Assembly (NCBI GenBank): GCA_964386095.1
Contig: CAYLQM010000002.1
Coordinates: 1-59,895 of the forward strand
Length of the DNA: 59,895 bases
Direction: 5' to 3'
Origin: an uncultured Methanosarcinales archaeon
GTDB taxonomy: Archaea; Nanobdellota; Nanobdellia; Woesearchaeales; JASKKU01
Shown here: one piece after another, positions 35,852-43,968 of the stretch
How positions within the stretch are numbered: position 1 is the stretch's first letter
How the letters are laid out: every line of letters starts with the position of its first letter
Notes under the pieces: generated by a model
Seen by the model: the letters and a program-made list of their open reading frames with translations, nothing else
What the model was told of the DNA's origin: nothing
Databases searched by the model: none
Translations under genes and position numbers: made by a program

Positions 35852-36529
35852 TTAAATCTTTTCGCTTCTATTCTCTTGATAGAACTCAGGCAAATCACAT
35901 TTTTCTTGATTTTTATTTTTACTGAAGGTTGAATAAATCAAAGTTATCCCAAAGATAGAACCCAAAAACCAAGTTATACCGCTTAGAATATTGAGACCTC
36001 CTGTTTCAAATCCAGTCACAAAGTCTCCAGTAACATAACCTGTGAGTGTTGGCATAAATGATGTGAGAAACCCAACAAAAGATGTTATTAAAAGGACCAA
36101 TCCAATTATTGCTGGAAAATTATCTCTTTCTTCACTATTTACATGCAGTTTCTTTGCAATTCGCTTATATGTTTTATTAATCATCTCTTTTGATCTTCTA
36201 AAGTTCTCACGAAGAACCTTTCTTTCATTCTCGTTAAATTCGCCCCAATAATTGTTGACATTCTCTTTTTTAAACCTAATCTTATTTAAATGCAATATTG
36301 CATCTTCATCACTAAGTCTGATTTTTAAATGTTTCAGAGCAATATCTTTTAGGAATTCCTTCTCAATGTATCTTTTTAGAATCGGGTCAATAATCCTTGG
36401 GAATTCTTTCAACAGCATTTCCGCATGGATGTCGTCAACGAAAATCCCTCTTTCAAAATAAATTTCTTTTATTTTATTCACGCTTAATTTCTTCTTAAAA
36501 TCCTTTAACCACTTCTTGTAAGTTTCCAT
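35852..36529 (-). CDS. Hypothetical protein with a soluble N-terminal domain and two C-terminal TM helices
   Basis: 225 aa; Gly-rich TM pair (FPAIIGLVLLITSFVGF...ILSGITWFLGSIFGITLIY). Confidence 0.4.
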   Translation of the reverse strand: METYKKWLKDFKKKLSVNKIKEIYFERGIFVDDIHAEMLLKEFPRIIDPILKRYIEKEFLKDIALKHLKIRLSDEDAILHLNKIRFKKENVNNYWGEFNENERKVLRENFRRSKEMINKTYKRIAKKLHVNSEERDNFPAIIGLVLLITSFVGFLTSFMPTLTGYVTGDFVTGFETGGLNILSGITWFLGSIFGITLIYSTFSKNKNQEKCDLPEFYQENRSEKI

Positions 36530-36532
36530 TTT

Positions 36533-37045
36533 TTATTCAAAAGATGAATGCACCCTTCTCTCTTTGGGAACGAAGTTTAAAATCTTTTCTTTTGTAACCT
36601 TGCCACAGCCCAAGAAATCTTCGCCGCATTTTATAATTACGAATCTGTTCTTTTCAGGGTCAACCTTCTCTTTAATTTGAACAGACAATTGCTCATCAAT
36701 TTCAATAGAGTCTCCCGTCAACCACTTTTTCATGTTTTCCGGCTTGATTTCAAGAATGTTTTTCTTAGCCTGATTGCAGATAATTTGCGAACCTTCAATC
36801 GATAATCTTATTCCATCGTCTTCCTTTGTAGCAAAGTAACAGCCGACTCGATTTATTTTTAAGCTGTCCGGAATTTCTCTGATTAAGTTGCTTTTCTTGA
36901 GAAGATAATATCTGCCTCGGGTTTTTGACAGGAAAAAGTAATAATCTCGTTTTAACGAATTGATATCGCAATCAAAGCATTTTTCGAGCTCTTTTACAAA
37001 TTCTTTAACTTCCTTGCTGTTCATAATCTTTAAGGAGGATTTCAT
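36533..37045 (-). CDS. NIP7-like pre-PUA/PUA-domain RNA-binding protein
   Basis: 170 aa; C-terminal FVIIKCGEDFLGCGKVTKEKILNFVPKERR resembles the PUA-domain ending seen in NIP7 and RsmF-type proteins. Confidence 0.5.
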   Translation of the reverse strand: MKSSLKIMNSKEVKEFVKELEKCFDCDINSLKRDYYFFLSKTRGRYYLLKKSNLIREIPDSLKINRVGCYFATKEDDGIRLSIEGSQIICNQAKKNILEIKPENMKKWLTGDSIEIDEQLSVQIKEKVDPEKNRFVIIKCGEDFLGCGKVTKEKILNFVPKERRVHSSFE

Positions 37046-37097
37046 CTTAAAATATTTTTAAAATACGTTTTTGTTTTATTTAAATTTGACTTTTTCC

Positions 37098-38015
37098 TCA
37101 TTTTAAATTTAATTTGAAGACAATTGATGCATAACTTACAAAGGAACTTGAAGGATAAATCTCTGAGGATTGATAGTATTTAAGCAAATTTCCAGTTATT
37201 TTAACTTTGTTATCCTGTTCTTCAAGTGAGGCGAGATATTCTAACAGAGCCGTTATTGTATATCTGCCGCAAATCGTTCTTTCATTAGCTCTTTTTAAGA
37301 ATTCATTGCTGTCTTTGATTAATATGAATTTTATTGTATTCAAATCATCTTGTTTAACTCTCTCATTTGCATTTTCTCCAAAAGGAGTATAATGATAATC
37401 AATCCCGTAATGTGTAAAATCTGAGCTGGCAACAATTATTAAATCGCCACGATACATGCTTTTAATTTCAATTAGGGCTTTAGCAAGCTTATTAAAGTTA
37501 GTATCCGAATCCACGACTATCGGAATTAGACTAAATCTGTTATTGAAAATATATTGTAAGAAAGGTATCTGAACTTCTATCGAATGTTCATAAATATGGG
37601 CTGATTCATCTATCGGAACCCCGGAAAATTTGCTTAACTCCAGTGATAAAAATCTATTATTCTTAGCAACCCCAAGAGGAGTTTCAAAATCAGACAGACT
37701 TATTCCAGAACCACCTAATCCTGTATGATTAACTCCCAGAATTACAACGCACCTTTCTTCGAAGTTTAAATTTTTATATAACTCATAAAATCCGTGAGCC
37801 GCACAAGATCCAGAGAATACATATCCAGCATGCGGTGAAACTAATGCGACAACCTTAACTTTTGAGTTATTATCCCTTTCTTTTTCAGCAATCCCATTCA
37901 TTTTAAGCTCGACTCCCGGCCCCAATTCTGAAGAGAAACACTGCTCAATCTCCTTAATTAATTCATTTTTATTTTTAGAATAAAACCTGGCTGCGGCAAT
38001 AGGTTTTCGAATCAT
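37098..38015 (-). CDS. Memo-like protein (AmmeMemoRadiSam system protein B family)
   Basis: RKPIAAARFYS, SPHAGYVFSG, VILGVNHTG, FETPLG, EHSIEVQIPFL, SSDFTHYG motif series. Confidence 0.8.
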   Translation of the reverse strand: MIRKPIAAARFYSKNKNELIKEIEQCFSSELGPGVELKMNGIAEKERDNNSKVKVVALVSPHAGYVFSGSCAAHGFYELYKNLNFEERCVVILGVNHTGLGGSGISLSDFETPLGVAKNNRFLSLELSKFSGVPIDESAHIYEHSIEVQIPFLQYIFNNRFSLIPIVVDSDTNFNKLAKALIEIKSMYRGDLIIVASSDFTHYGIDYHYTPFGENANERVKQDDLNTIKFILIKDSNEFLKRANERTICGRYTITALLEYLASLEEQDNKVKITGNLLKYYQSSEIYPSSSFVSYASIVFKLNLK

Positions 38016-38157
38016 GATACTTAATATTGATTTTCCGATTTTTAAAATTAATTGCTTACTGTGTTTGCTGTTGAAGAAGCATCTTTGATGTTATATCTGT
38101 TTCTCTCTACGTTCTATCAAAACCTTTATAAACTAAATCTTTTTTCGTAAATCAACT

Positions 38158-39636
38158 ATGGCTTTAGCAACCATTATGAAGTTCCTGCCTGAAGTTAAAG
38201 CGCCTATTGAGAAAAAGCTTGGGCTGAAAACTAAACTTAAATGGACTTCAATTGTTTTGGTGCTGTATTTCGTCCTAGGTTTCATACCTCTATTTGGTCT
38301 AGGAGACAATGCTTTACAGAGGTTTGAGTTCTTGTCAGTTGTCTTGGGAGCAAAGTTCGGTTCTCTTATCAGTTTAGGTATTGGGCCTATCGTCACGGCC
38401 TCTATTATTTTGCAACTTTTGGTTGGTGCCGGAATTCTAAATTATGATTTGTCAAAATCTGAAGATCGGAAGAGATTTGAAGCTCTTCAGAAGATTACTA
38501 CTATTTTCTTTATACTGTTTGAAGCTTTCTTGTATGTGTACATGGGCGGGTTATCTCCAGCTCCTTACTTCGATCCACAGACAAATTCTTTTGTATCAAC
38601 TCAAAGCGAAGGAATGATCGCTTTAACATCTTCTCAAATAAACGCTTTAAGACTGCTTTTAGTGTTTCAGCTAACGATTGGTGGTTTCATTATACTCTTA
38701 TTGGATGAAGTAGTTTCTAAATGGGGTATTGGTTCAGGTATCAGCCTGTTCATCGCGGCTGGAGTGAGTCAGCAGATATTTGTTGGTGCTTTCAGCTGGG
38801 TAAAGTCAACTTACGGAGGAGCAGAGTATCCTGTTGGAACTATTCCAGCATTGTTTGTTGCACTCCGCAATTCAGATCCTTTGACAGCTTTAACAAATAT
38901 TGCAAAACTATTTTTCACAATCTTAGTATTCTTGTTAGCAGTATACGCTCAAGCGATGAAAGTAGAAATTCCTTTGTCTTATGGCAAGGTTCGTGGTTAT
39001 GGTATAAAATGGCCACTTCGATTCATTTATACGAGCAATATCCCAGTGATACTTACCGCAGCTTTATTTGGAAATCTTCAAATTTTTGCCAGATTACTAG
39101 AGAATGCCACAGCCAATTCCACCAACAAGTTTTTAGAATTCCTTTCTGTCTATGTTCTTGGTCAAACGAACACGGTAAAAGCAGGTCATGGAATTGTTCA
39201 ATGGATTTCAGGTCAGAATTTAATACAGAACATGATTACCGGCTCTTTTTCACTTTCTTTATTGGGCCAGGCTTTAATTTATGTGCTTTTGATGGTGTTG
39301 TTTAGTATCTTGTTTGGGGTGATTTGGGTGCAGACTTCTGGAATGGATCCAAAATCTGTCGCAAAACAGATTAGTGGTTCAGGTTTACAAATTCCAGGCT
39401 TCCGTTCAGATATTAGAATCCTTGAAAGACTGCTAAAAAGATATATTTGGCCGTTATCTGTAATGGGTGCTGGTTTCGTGGGATTGCTTGCAGCAGTGGC
39501 TGATTTAACCGGGGCATTGTCAAGAGGTACAGGTATCTTGTTAACTGTAATGATTGTTTACCGGTTCTATGAAACTATTGCAAAGGAACACGCTTTAGAC
39601 TTGTCCCCGAATTTACGAAAGTTTATTAAAACGTGA
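38158..39636 (+). CDS. secY: Preprotein translocase subunit SecY
   Basis: 492 aa, about 10 TM; LGIGPIVTASIILQLL (plug/TM2 region), GIGSGISLFI, SNIPVIL; BRE/TATA-like AAACCTTTATAAAC about 30 nt upstream. Confidence 0.9.
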   Translation: MALATIMKFLPEVKAPIEKKLGLKTKLKWTSIVLVLYFVLGFIPLFGLGDNALQRFEFLSVVLGAKFGSLISLGIGPIVTASIILQLLVGAGILNYDLSKSEDRKRFEALQKITTIFFILFEAFLYVYMGGLSPAPYFDPQTNSFVSTQSEGMIALTSSQINALRLLLVFQLTIGGFIILLLDEVVSKWGIGSGISLFIAAGVSQQIFVGAFSWVKSTYGGAEYPVGTIPALFVALRNSDPLTALTNIAKLFFTILVFLLAVYAQAMKVEIPLSYGKVRGYGIKWPLRFIYTSNIPVILTAALFGNLQIFARLLENATANSTNKFLEFLSVYVLGQTNTVKAGHGIVQWISGQNLIQNMITGSFSLSLLGQALIYVLLMVLFSILFGVIWVQTSGMDPKSVAKQISGSGLQIPGFRSDIRILERLLKRYIWPLSVMGAGFVGLLAAVADLTGALSRGTGILLTVMIVYRFYETIAKEHALDLSPNLRKFIKT

Positions 39637-39673
39637 GTTTTTTTTTACGAAAATAACCGAACATGGTGATTTT

Positions 39674-40384
39674 ATGGCATTTTTTGACAATTTCATCTCT
39701 CAACAGCCCCTGCTTTTTTTGTTCGTTGTTTCTGTAGTTGTTAACTTGATAATTGTATTATTTACAAAGTTCTTTAGTGACCAGAATGAGATGAAGCATC
39801 TTAAAGAGGAGATGAAATCTTTACAAACTCAAATGCGGAACACAAAAAATACGCAAGAAATCTCAAAACTCAACAAAAAGCTCTTAAAACTAAATTCAGA
39901 ATATATGCGACATTCAATGAAGATAAATTTGTATACTTTCTTACCTATAATTTTAATATTTGGATGGTTAACTAACATTTATTCGGGTTTGCCTTTTGAA
40001 CCTGGAACTTCTATAGACCTGGAATTAACTTTAAAGAATGCGAACTCGAACATTTCATTAGAAGTGCCTTCAGAATTGGAAGTAATAAACAAAACAAATC
40101 GTTCATCCCATATAATTTACACGCTTCGTTCAACAGAAGAGGGAACTTATAACTTAAAAATACTTCCATGCAACTCCACATTAACCTTGATTTCATCATC
40201 CTCTCTGATAAATAAAACCAAGTCAAGAGTTGCATTAAATGATGGCTGTGTAAAAAGCACTTTAATTAGATATAGACCTTTGAAGTTTAATCTTCTTGGG
40301 ATTAGAATGGGTTGGATTTGGGTTTATTTGATTTTCTCGTTATTCTTAAGTTCAATCTTCAGAAAGATTTTGAAGGTGTATTAA
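39674..40384 (+). CDS. DUF106 / archaeal YidC-Oxa1-EMC3-like membrane insertase with a ~100-aa inserted extracytoplasmic domain
   Basis: TM1 (LLFLFVVSVVVNLIIVLF), cytoplasmic coiled coil (MKHLKEEMKSLQTQMRN...KLNSEYMRHSMK), TM2 (LYTFLPIILIFGWL), then an insert at residues ~106-205 carrying four N-x-S/T sequons, then TM3. Confidence 0.6.
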   Translation: MAFFDNFISQQPLLFLFVVSVVVNLIIVLFTKFFSDQNEMKHLKEEMKSLQTQMRNTKNTQEISKLNKKLLKLNSEYMRHSMKINLYTFLPIILIFGWLTNIYSGLPFEPGTSIDLELTLKNANSNISLEVPSELEVINKTNRSSHIIYTLRSTEEGTYNLKILPCNSTLTLISSSSLINKTKSRVALNDGCVKSTLIRYRPLKFNLLGIRMGWIWVYLIFSLFLSSIFRKILKVY

Positions 40385-41166
40385 ACATTATTGTTTTTTT
40401 TATTTACTTTATGCAATTTAAATTTAAACCAGATAAGCTGATTAAGATTGTCAAAACCATCTCTAAGATTTCTTAATTTTTTAAATCCAATTCTTTTTCG
40501 ATAAATTATGGGAATTTCCTTTATCTGTTTCTTGGCAGATATTGCAACAATCTTTATTTGTTGTGAGAAAGGCATGCCATCACTCATCAAATCAAAGTTC
40601 AATTCATCCAAAAAATCCTTTCTAAAGGCCCACATACCTGACTGAGAATCTTTTATCTTGTGATTGTAAAGTAACTGGAATACAAATGTCAAGATTTTGT
40701 TACCTATGTGGTTTAGAATGGGCATGGAGCCCTCAAGCAATCCTGCCAATCTGTTTGTAGTAATGAAATCACAATCTTGCAATTCCTTTAACAATCTTTC
40801 AGCATCGCAAAAAGGATAAGAATTATCTCCATCTCCTGTAATTATAATATCTCCCGTTGCGTTCTTCAATCCGGTTTTGTATGCAGCACCATAGCCTTGT
40901 TTTTTTTCAGTTAACACCCTCACGCCTTTGGATTTGGCCAACTCTTTTGTCCTGTCTTTAGAGTTATTGTCTACAACGATTACCTCAAAATCATCTATGA
41001 TTTTTTTATCAAGAAGTTTTTTAGATGTTTCCTTAATTTCATCAAGCGTTTTAGCAATGCCTTTTTCTTCATTGTACGCTGGAATAACAAAACTAAGTTT
41101 CATTGTTTGGATTTTTTTATGGAGAGTATTAAAATTTTTCCTTTTGGTATCTAAAGAAAATGCCAA
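40381..41166 (-). CDS. Family 2 glycosyltransferase (dolichyl-phosphate hexose synthase-like)
   Basis: SFVIPAYNEE, VVDNNSKDRT, GYGAAYKTG, ITGDGDNSYP (DxD) motifs. Confidence 0.8.
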   Translation of the reverse strand: MAFSLDTKRKNFNTLHKKIQTMKLSFVIPAYNEEKGIAKTLDEIKETSKKLLDKKIIDDFEVIVVDNNSKDRTKELAKSKGVRVLTEKKQGYGAAYKTGLKNATGDIIITGDGDNSYPFCDAERLLKELQDCDFITTNRLAGLLEGSMPILNHIGNKILTFVFQLLYNHKIKDSQSGMWAFRKDFLDELNFDLMSDGMPFSQQIKIVAISAKKQIKEIPIIYRKRIGFKKLRNLRDGFDNLNQLIWFKFKLHKVNKKNNNV

Positions 41167-41227
41167 AATTGATTCTCAAATAAAGTATGTAAAACATTTA
41201 ATTTTAACCTAACTAACAAAGAGTTTT

Positions 41228-41335
41228 AAAAAAAGCCGGGATTAGGTTAGGTAATGCACATACCGCAAACAATTCTTGTATGAAGAATTGGTTTTATCCC
41301 AAGTGACGCCTGTTCATTATGCGCAGCATCTTTCT
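41228..41335 (-). ncRNA. Candidate small structured RNA or structured radA 3' UTR (speculative)
   Basis: GC-enriched segment in a 259-bp spacer; on the minus strand: hairpins AATTCTT-CATAC-AAGAATT and GGTA-TGTGCAT-TACC enclosed by TTGGGA/TCCCGG, ending GGC followed by T7 (41228-41234); TATA-like TTAAATTTTAA further upstream. Confidence 0.2.
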
Positions 41336-41425
41336 CTCATTAAAATTTAATCTCGCTGTTGCAACGCTTAAATCCTTTTTTATGTTTTTGACAAAATCAA
41401 TACCTAAAAATAAAATCAAATTGTT

Positions 41426-42391
41426 TTAAATATCTTGGATGCCATCCCTGGTTATAATAAATGCGCATTCTTCTTCGGGCAGGTTTGGACTATCAACTAA
41501 TCTCGCCACTCTTGTTCCCTTCTTTCCTTTTCTTAGATAAACCCTAAAAGTGCTTGAGTGCGCTACAACATGACCGCCAATCGCTTGCGTTGGATCTCCA
41601 AAGAATATATCTGGCTTTGCCATAACTTGATTAGTTACAACTACGGCAAGATTATGATAGTCTGCAAGTTTAAGCAGTTCGTGCATGTGCCTGTTTAATT
41701 TCTGTTGTCTTTCAGCAAGCGTACCTCTGCCAACAAATTCAGCTCTGAAATGCGCAGTTAACGAATCAACGACAACCAATTTTGCTTTGATTTTTTCTTT
41801 TTTAATCAATTCATCAATCTTTTCAACAAGCAACATCTGATGATCCGAATTATATGCGCGAGCCACCCTGATTCTTGAAAGAGCGTTTTTATAATCAAAT
41901 TTCTTAGCATTAGCCATATCTATAATCCTTTCAGGTCTGAAAGTGTTTTCAGTATCAATATAAATTACCTGAGCATCAGGGTCAGAAGCAACAACATTTA
42001 TTGCGAGGGAATGAGCAATCTGCGTTTTACCAGAACCATACTCTCCAAACAGTTCTGTGATACAACCCGTTTCTACACCTCCCCCAAGAAGTTTATCAAA
42101 AGCTTTGCTGCCCGTAGAAACCTTGAGAACCTTTTTTCTCTTTTCAAGCAGGTCAACTCCCGTTTCAAAACCCATTTCTAACGCATCCCTTGACGCGGAG
42201 ATAATCTTTCTCGCCACCCCTTCTCCAACACCAATGGATTCCATCAGGTCTCCAGGACTAGCGACAGCAATTGACATAAGATTATCATAACCCGCTTCAA
42301 TAAGTTTTTCAGCAGTAGCACTACCAACTCCAGGGAGATCTGTAATTGATTTTACTTTCCTATTTCCTTTTTCTTCGCTCATGATTATCAC
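41426..42391 (-). CDS. radA: DNA repair and recombination protein RadA
   Basis: N-terminal HhH (LPGVGSATAEKLIEAGY), Walker A GEYGSGKTQ, Walker B LVVVDSL; the start may be the Met at 42382 (MSEEKGN). Confidence 0.9.
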   Translation of the reverse strand: MIIMSEEKGNRKVKSITDLPGVGSATAEKLIEAGYDNLMSIAVASPGDLMESIGVGEGVARKIISASRDALEMGFETGVDLLEKRKKVLKVSTGSKAFDKLLGGGVETGCITELFGEYGSGKTQIAHSLAINVVASDPDAQVIYIDTENTFRPERIIDMANAKKFDYKNALSRIRVARAYNSDHQMLLVEKIDELIKKEKIKAKLVVVDSLTAHFRAEFVGRGTLAERQQKLNRHMHELLKLADYHNLAVVVTNQVMAKPDIFFGDPTQAIGGHVVAHSSTFRVYLRKGKKGTRVARLVDSPNLPEEECAFIITRDGIQDI

Positions 42392-42518
42392 AAAGGGATG
42401 ATCACATTTCGTTTTTATAAATATTTTGTAAGCAATTGTCCAATGTTTTTAAGAAAAAATACAATTTTTCAAAATCTAAAAACAAACCTTTTTATATTCT
42501 GACATCGACTTTAGAAAC

Positions 42519-43223
42519 ATGTTTTATGTAGTCCTTGTAGAATCTGAAACTGCTGGGAATGTAGGAGCTGTGGCTCGTGTAATGTCTAATTTTGGGTTTG
42601 AAAAACTTGTTTTGATAAATCCAGTATGTAATCATCTTTCCTCGGAAGCAATTGCGCGCTCCAAACATGGACTTAATATTTTGAAGAATGCATTAGTTAC
42701 AGACAATCGCTTTTTAGATGATTTAGATGTAAAGATTGGCACTTCCAGCAAGGTTGGTGGCGTGAGGAATGTTTTTCGAACTCCATTAAATGTAGATCGT
42801 TTAAGCAAAATAGTCCCAAAACATAATGCTCTTAAGATAGGTCTTATCTTCGGCAGGGAAAGTACAGGATTAACCAACGAAGAATTGATGAAATGCGATT
42901 TTTTAGTTACAATTCCCGCAAAAAAAGAGAATAAAACTCTTAATTTAAGCCATGCTGTAGCAATTGTTCTCTACGAACTTTTTAGCTCTCAGGATTTTAA
43001 GACTCATATTGACCATTTTGAATTGGCTAACAAGGATGAAAAACGGGTGCTTCTTGAAATGGTGAATGAAATTTTAGAACATCTTGATTTTACGCGGGAA
43101 CAAAACAAACTCACAATTGAACTGGTTATGAACCGGGTCATTACAAAGTCATTTCTTTCGAAGAAAGAAGCAACAACACTTTTAGCTTTTTTCAGGAAAA
43201 TTTTATCCAAACTGAAATCTTAA
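42519..43223 (+). CDS. trmJ: SpoU/TrmH-class RNA 2'-O-methyltransferase, TrmJ-like
   Basis: VVLVESETAGNVGAVARVMSNFGF, LIFGRESTGLTNEEL, LNLSHAVAIVLYEL (SPOUT knot motifs); about 75-aa C-terminal extension. Confidence 0.75.
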   Translation: MFYVVLVESETAGNVGAVARVMSNFGFEKLVLINPVCNHLSSEAIARSKHGLNILKNALVTDNRFLDDLDVKIGTSSKVGGVRNVFRTPLNVDRLSKIVPKHNALKIGLIFGRESTGLTNEELMKCDFLVTIPAKKENKTLNLSHAVAIVLYELFSSQDFKTHIDHFELANKDEKRVLLEMVNEILEHLDFTREQNKLTIELVMNRVITKSFLSKKEATTLLAFFRKILSKLKS

Positions 43224-43384
43224 TTCTTTCAATTCGAAAGTTTAAAAATTCCATGTTAAAGTATTATTTCATTGTCACGATTCTAATATCGACCACTAAA
43301 GGTGGATGATACGAATTATATTTAAAAATAGGTTTAGCGAATTTTATATTTTCTCAAATCAAAAAAATTATAAACTTTCTTTGA

Positions 43385-43939
43385 ATGTATTCTTTTAGGA
43401 TGAACGACGAAAACTTTGAAGTCCAAACTTTTGAAGGCCAAACTTGTCCAATGTGCGAACAAAAAACTTTAACATTAATGGAGAGTGAGAGAATTATTCC
43501 TTATTTTGGTAAAGTCATCCTTTTTTCTATGAATTGCTCAAGTTGTCATTATCACAAATCAGATGTAGAAATCCCTGAAAGACGAGAACCGGTGAAATAT
43601 TCTTTTGTTGTAGAAAACGAAGATGATCTGAAAGTTAGAGTTATTAAATCCGCGGAAGCAACGGTAAAAGTTGGAAAAATTGCAACAATCGAACCAGGGA
43701 TAGCTTCTAATGGATATATTAGCAATGTTGAAGGTTTGCTGCAACGATTAAAGCATCAACTCGAAGGTATTCTCAATACAGAAGACGCTCCTGAAGTGCT
43801 TAAAAAAACTAAAGCGCATTTAAAGAAATTAAGAAGAGTTTTGTGGGGCAGCGACAAAATAACTATTACCATAACAGACCCTTCAGGAAATTCTGCGATA
43901 ATTTCAGATAAAGCTCAAGTGACCAAAATCAAAAAATAA
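43385..43939 (+). CDS. ZPR1-type zinc-finger protein
   Basis: 184 aa; CPMC...(26 aa)...CSSC zinc ribbon followed by the ZPR1 beta-domain pattern (IPYFGKVILFSMNC, SFVVENEDDLKVRVIKS). Confidence 0.75.
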   Translation: MYSFRMNDENFEVQTFEGQTCPMCEQKTLTLMESERIIPYFGKVILFSMNCSSCHYHKSDVEIPERREPVKYSFVVENEDDLKVRVIKSAEATVKVGKIATIEPGIASNGYISNVEGLLQRLKHQLEGILNTEDAPEVLKKTKAHLKKLRRVLWGSDKITITITDPSGNSAIISDKAQVTKIKK

Positions 43940-43968
43940 TAAAAATAAAGTCATCTTATCTTATTTTT

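Noticed and set aside
38721-39305. 194-aa alternative-frame ORF inside secY (same strand)
   Set aside because: The secY frame has unmistakable family motifs. The alternative frame is Trp/Cys/Ser/Arg-rich with no motif and is probably a chance open frame.
41235-41305. tRNA or split/permuted tRNA hypothesis for the ~69-nt cloverleaf-like unit 3' of radA
   Set aside because: An acceptor-like stem exists (with two G-U pairs), but there is no D-arm. The central hairpin loop lacks U33 and a 7-nt anticodon-loop geometry with sensible flanks. The 3' hairpin loop (TGTGCAT) lacks the GTTCRA T-loop. I keep it only as a generic ncRNA candidate.
43278-43316. C/D-box sRNA-like signal (hairpin CCAC-TAAA-GGTGG followed by GATGATAC) in the trmJ-ZPR1 spacer
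   Set aside because: The C-box is imperfect (AUGAUA rather than UGAUGA) and no CUGA D-box lies at a suitable distance, so the evidence is insufficient.
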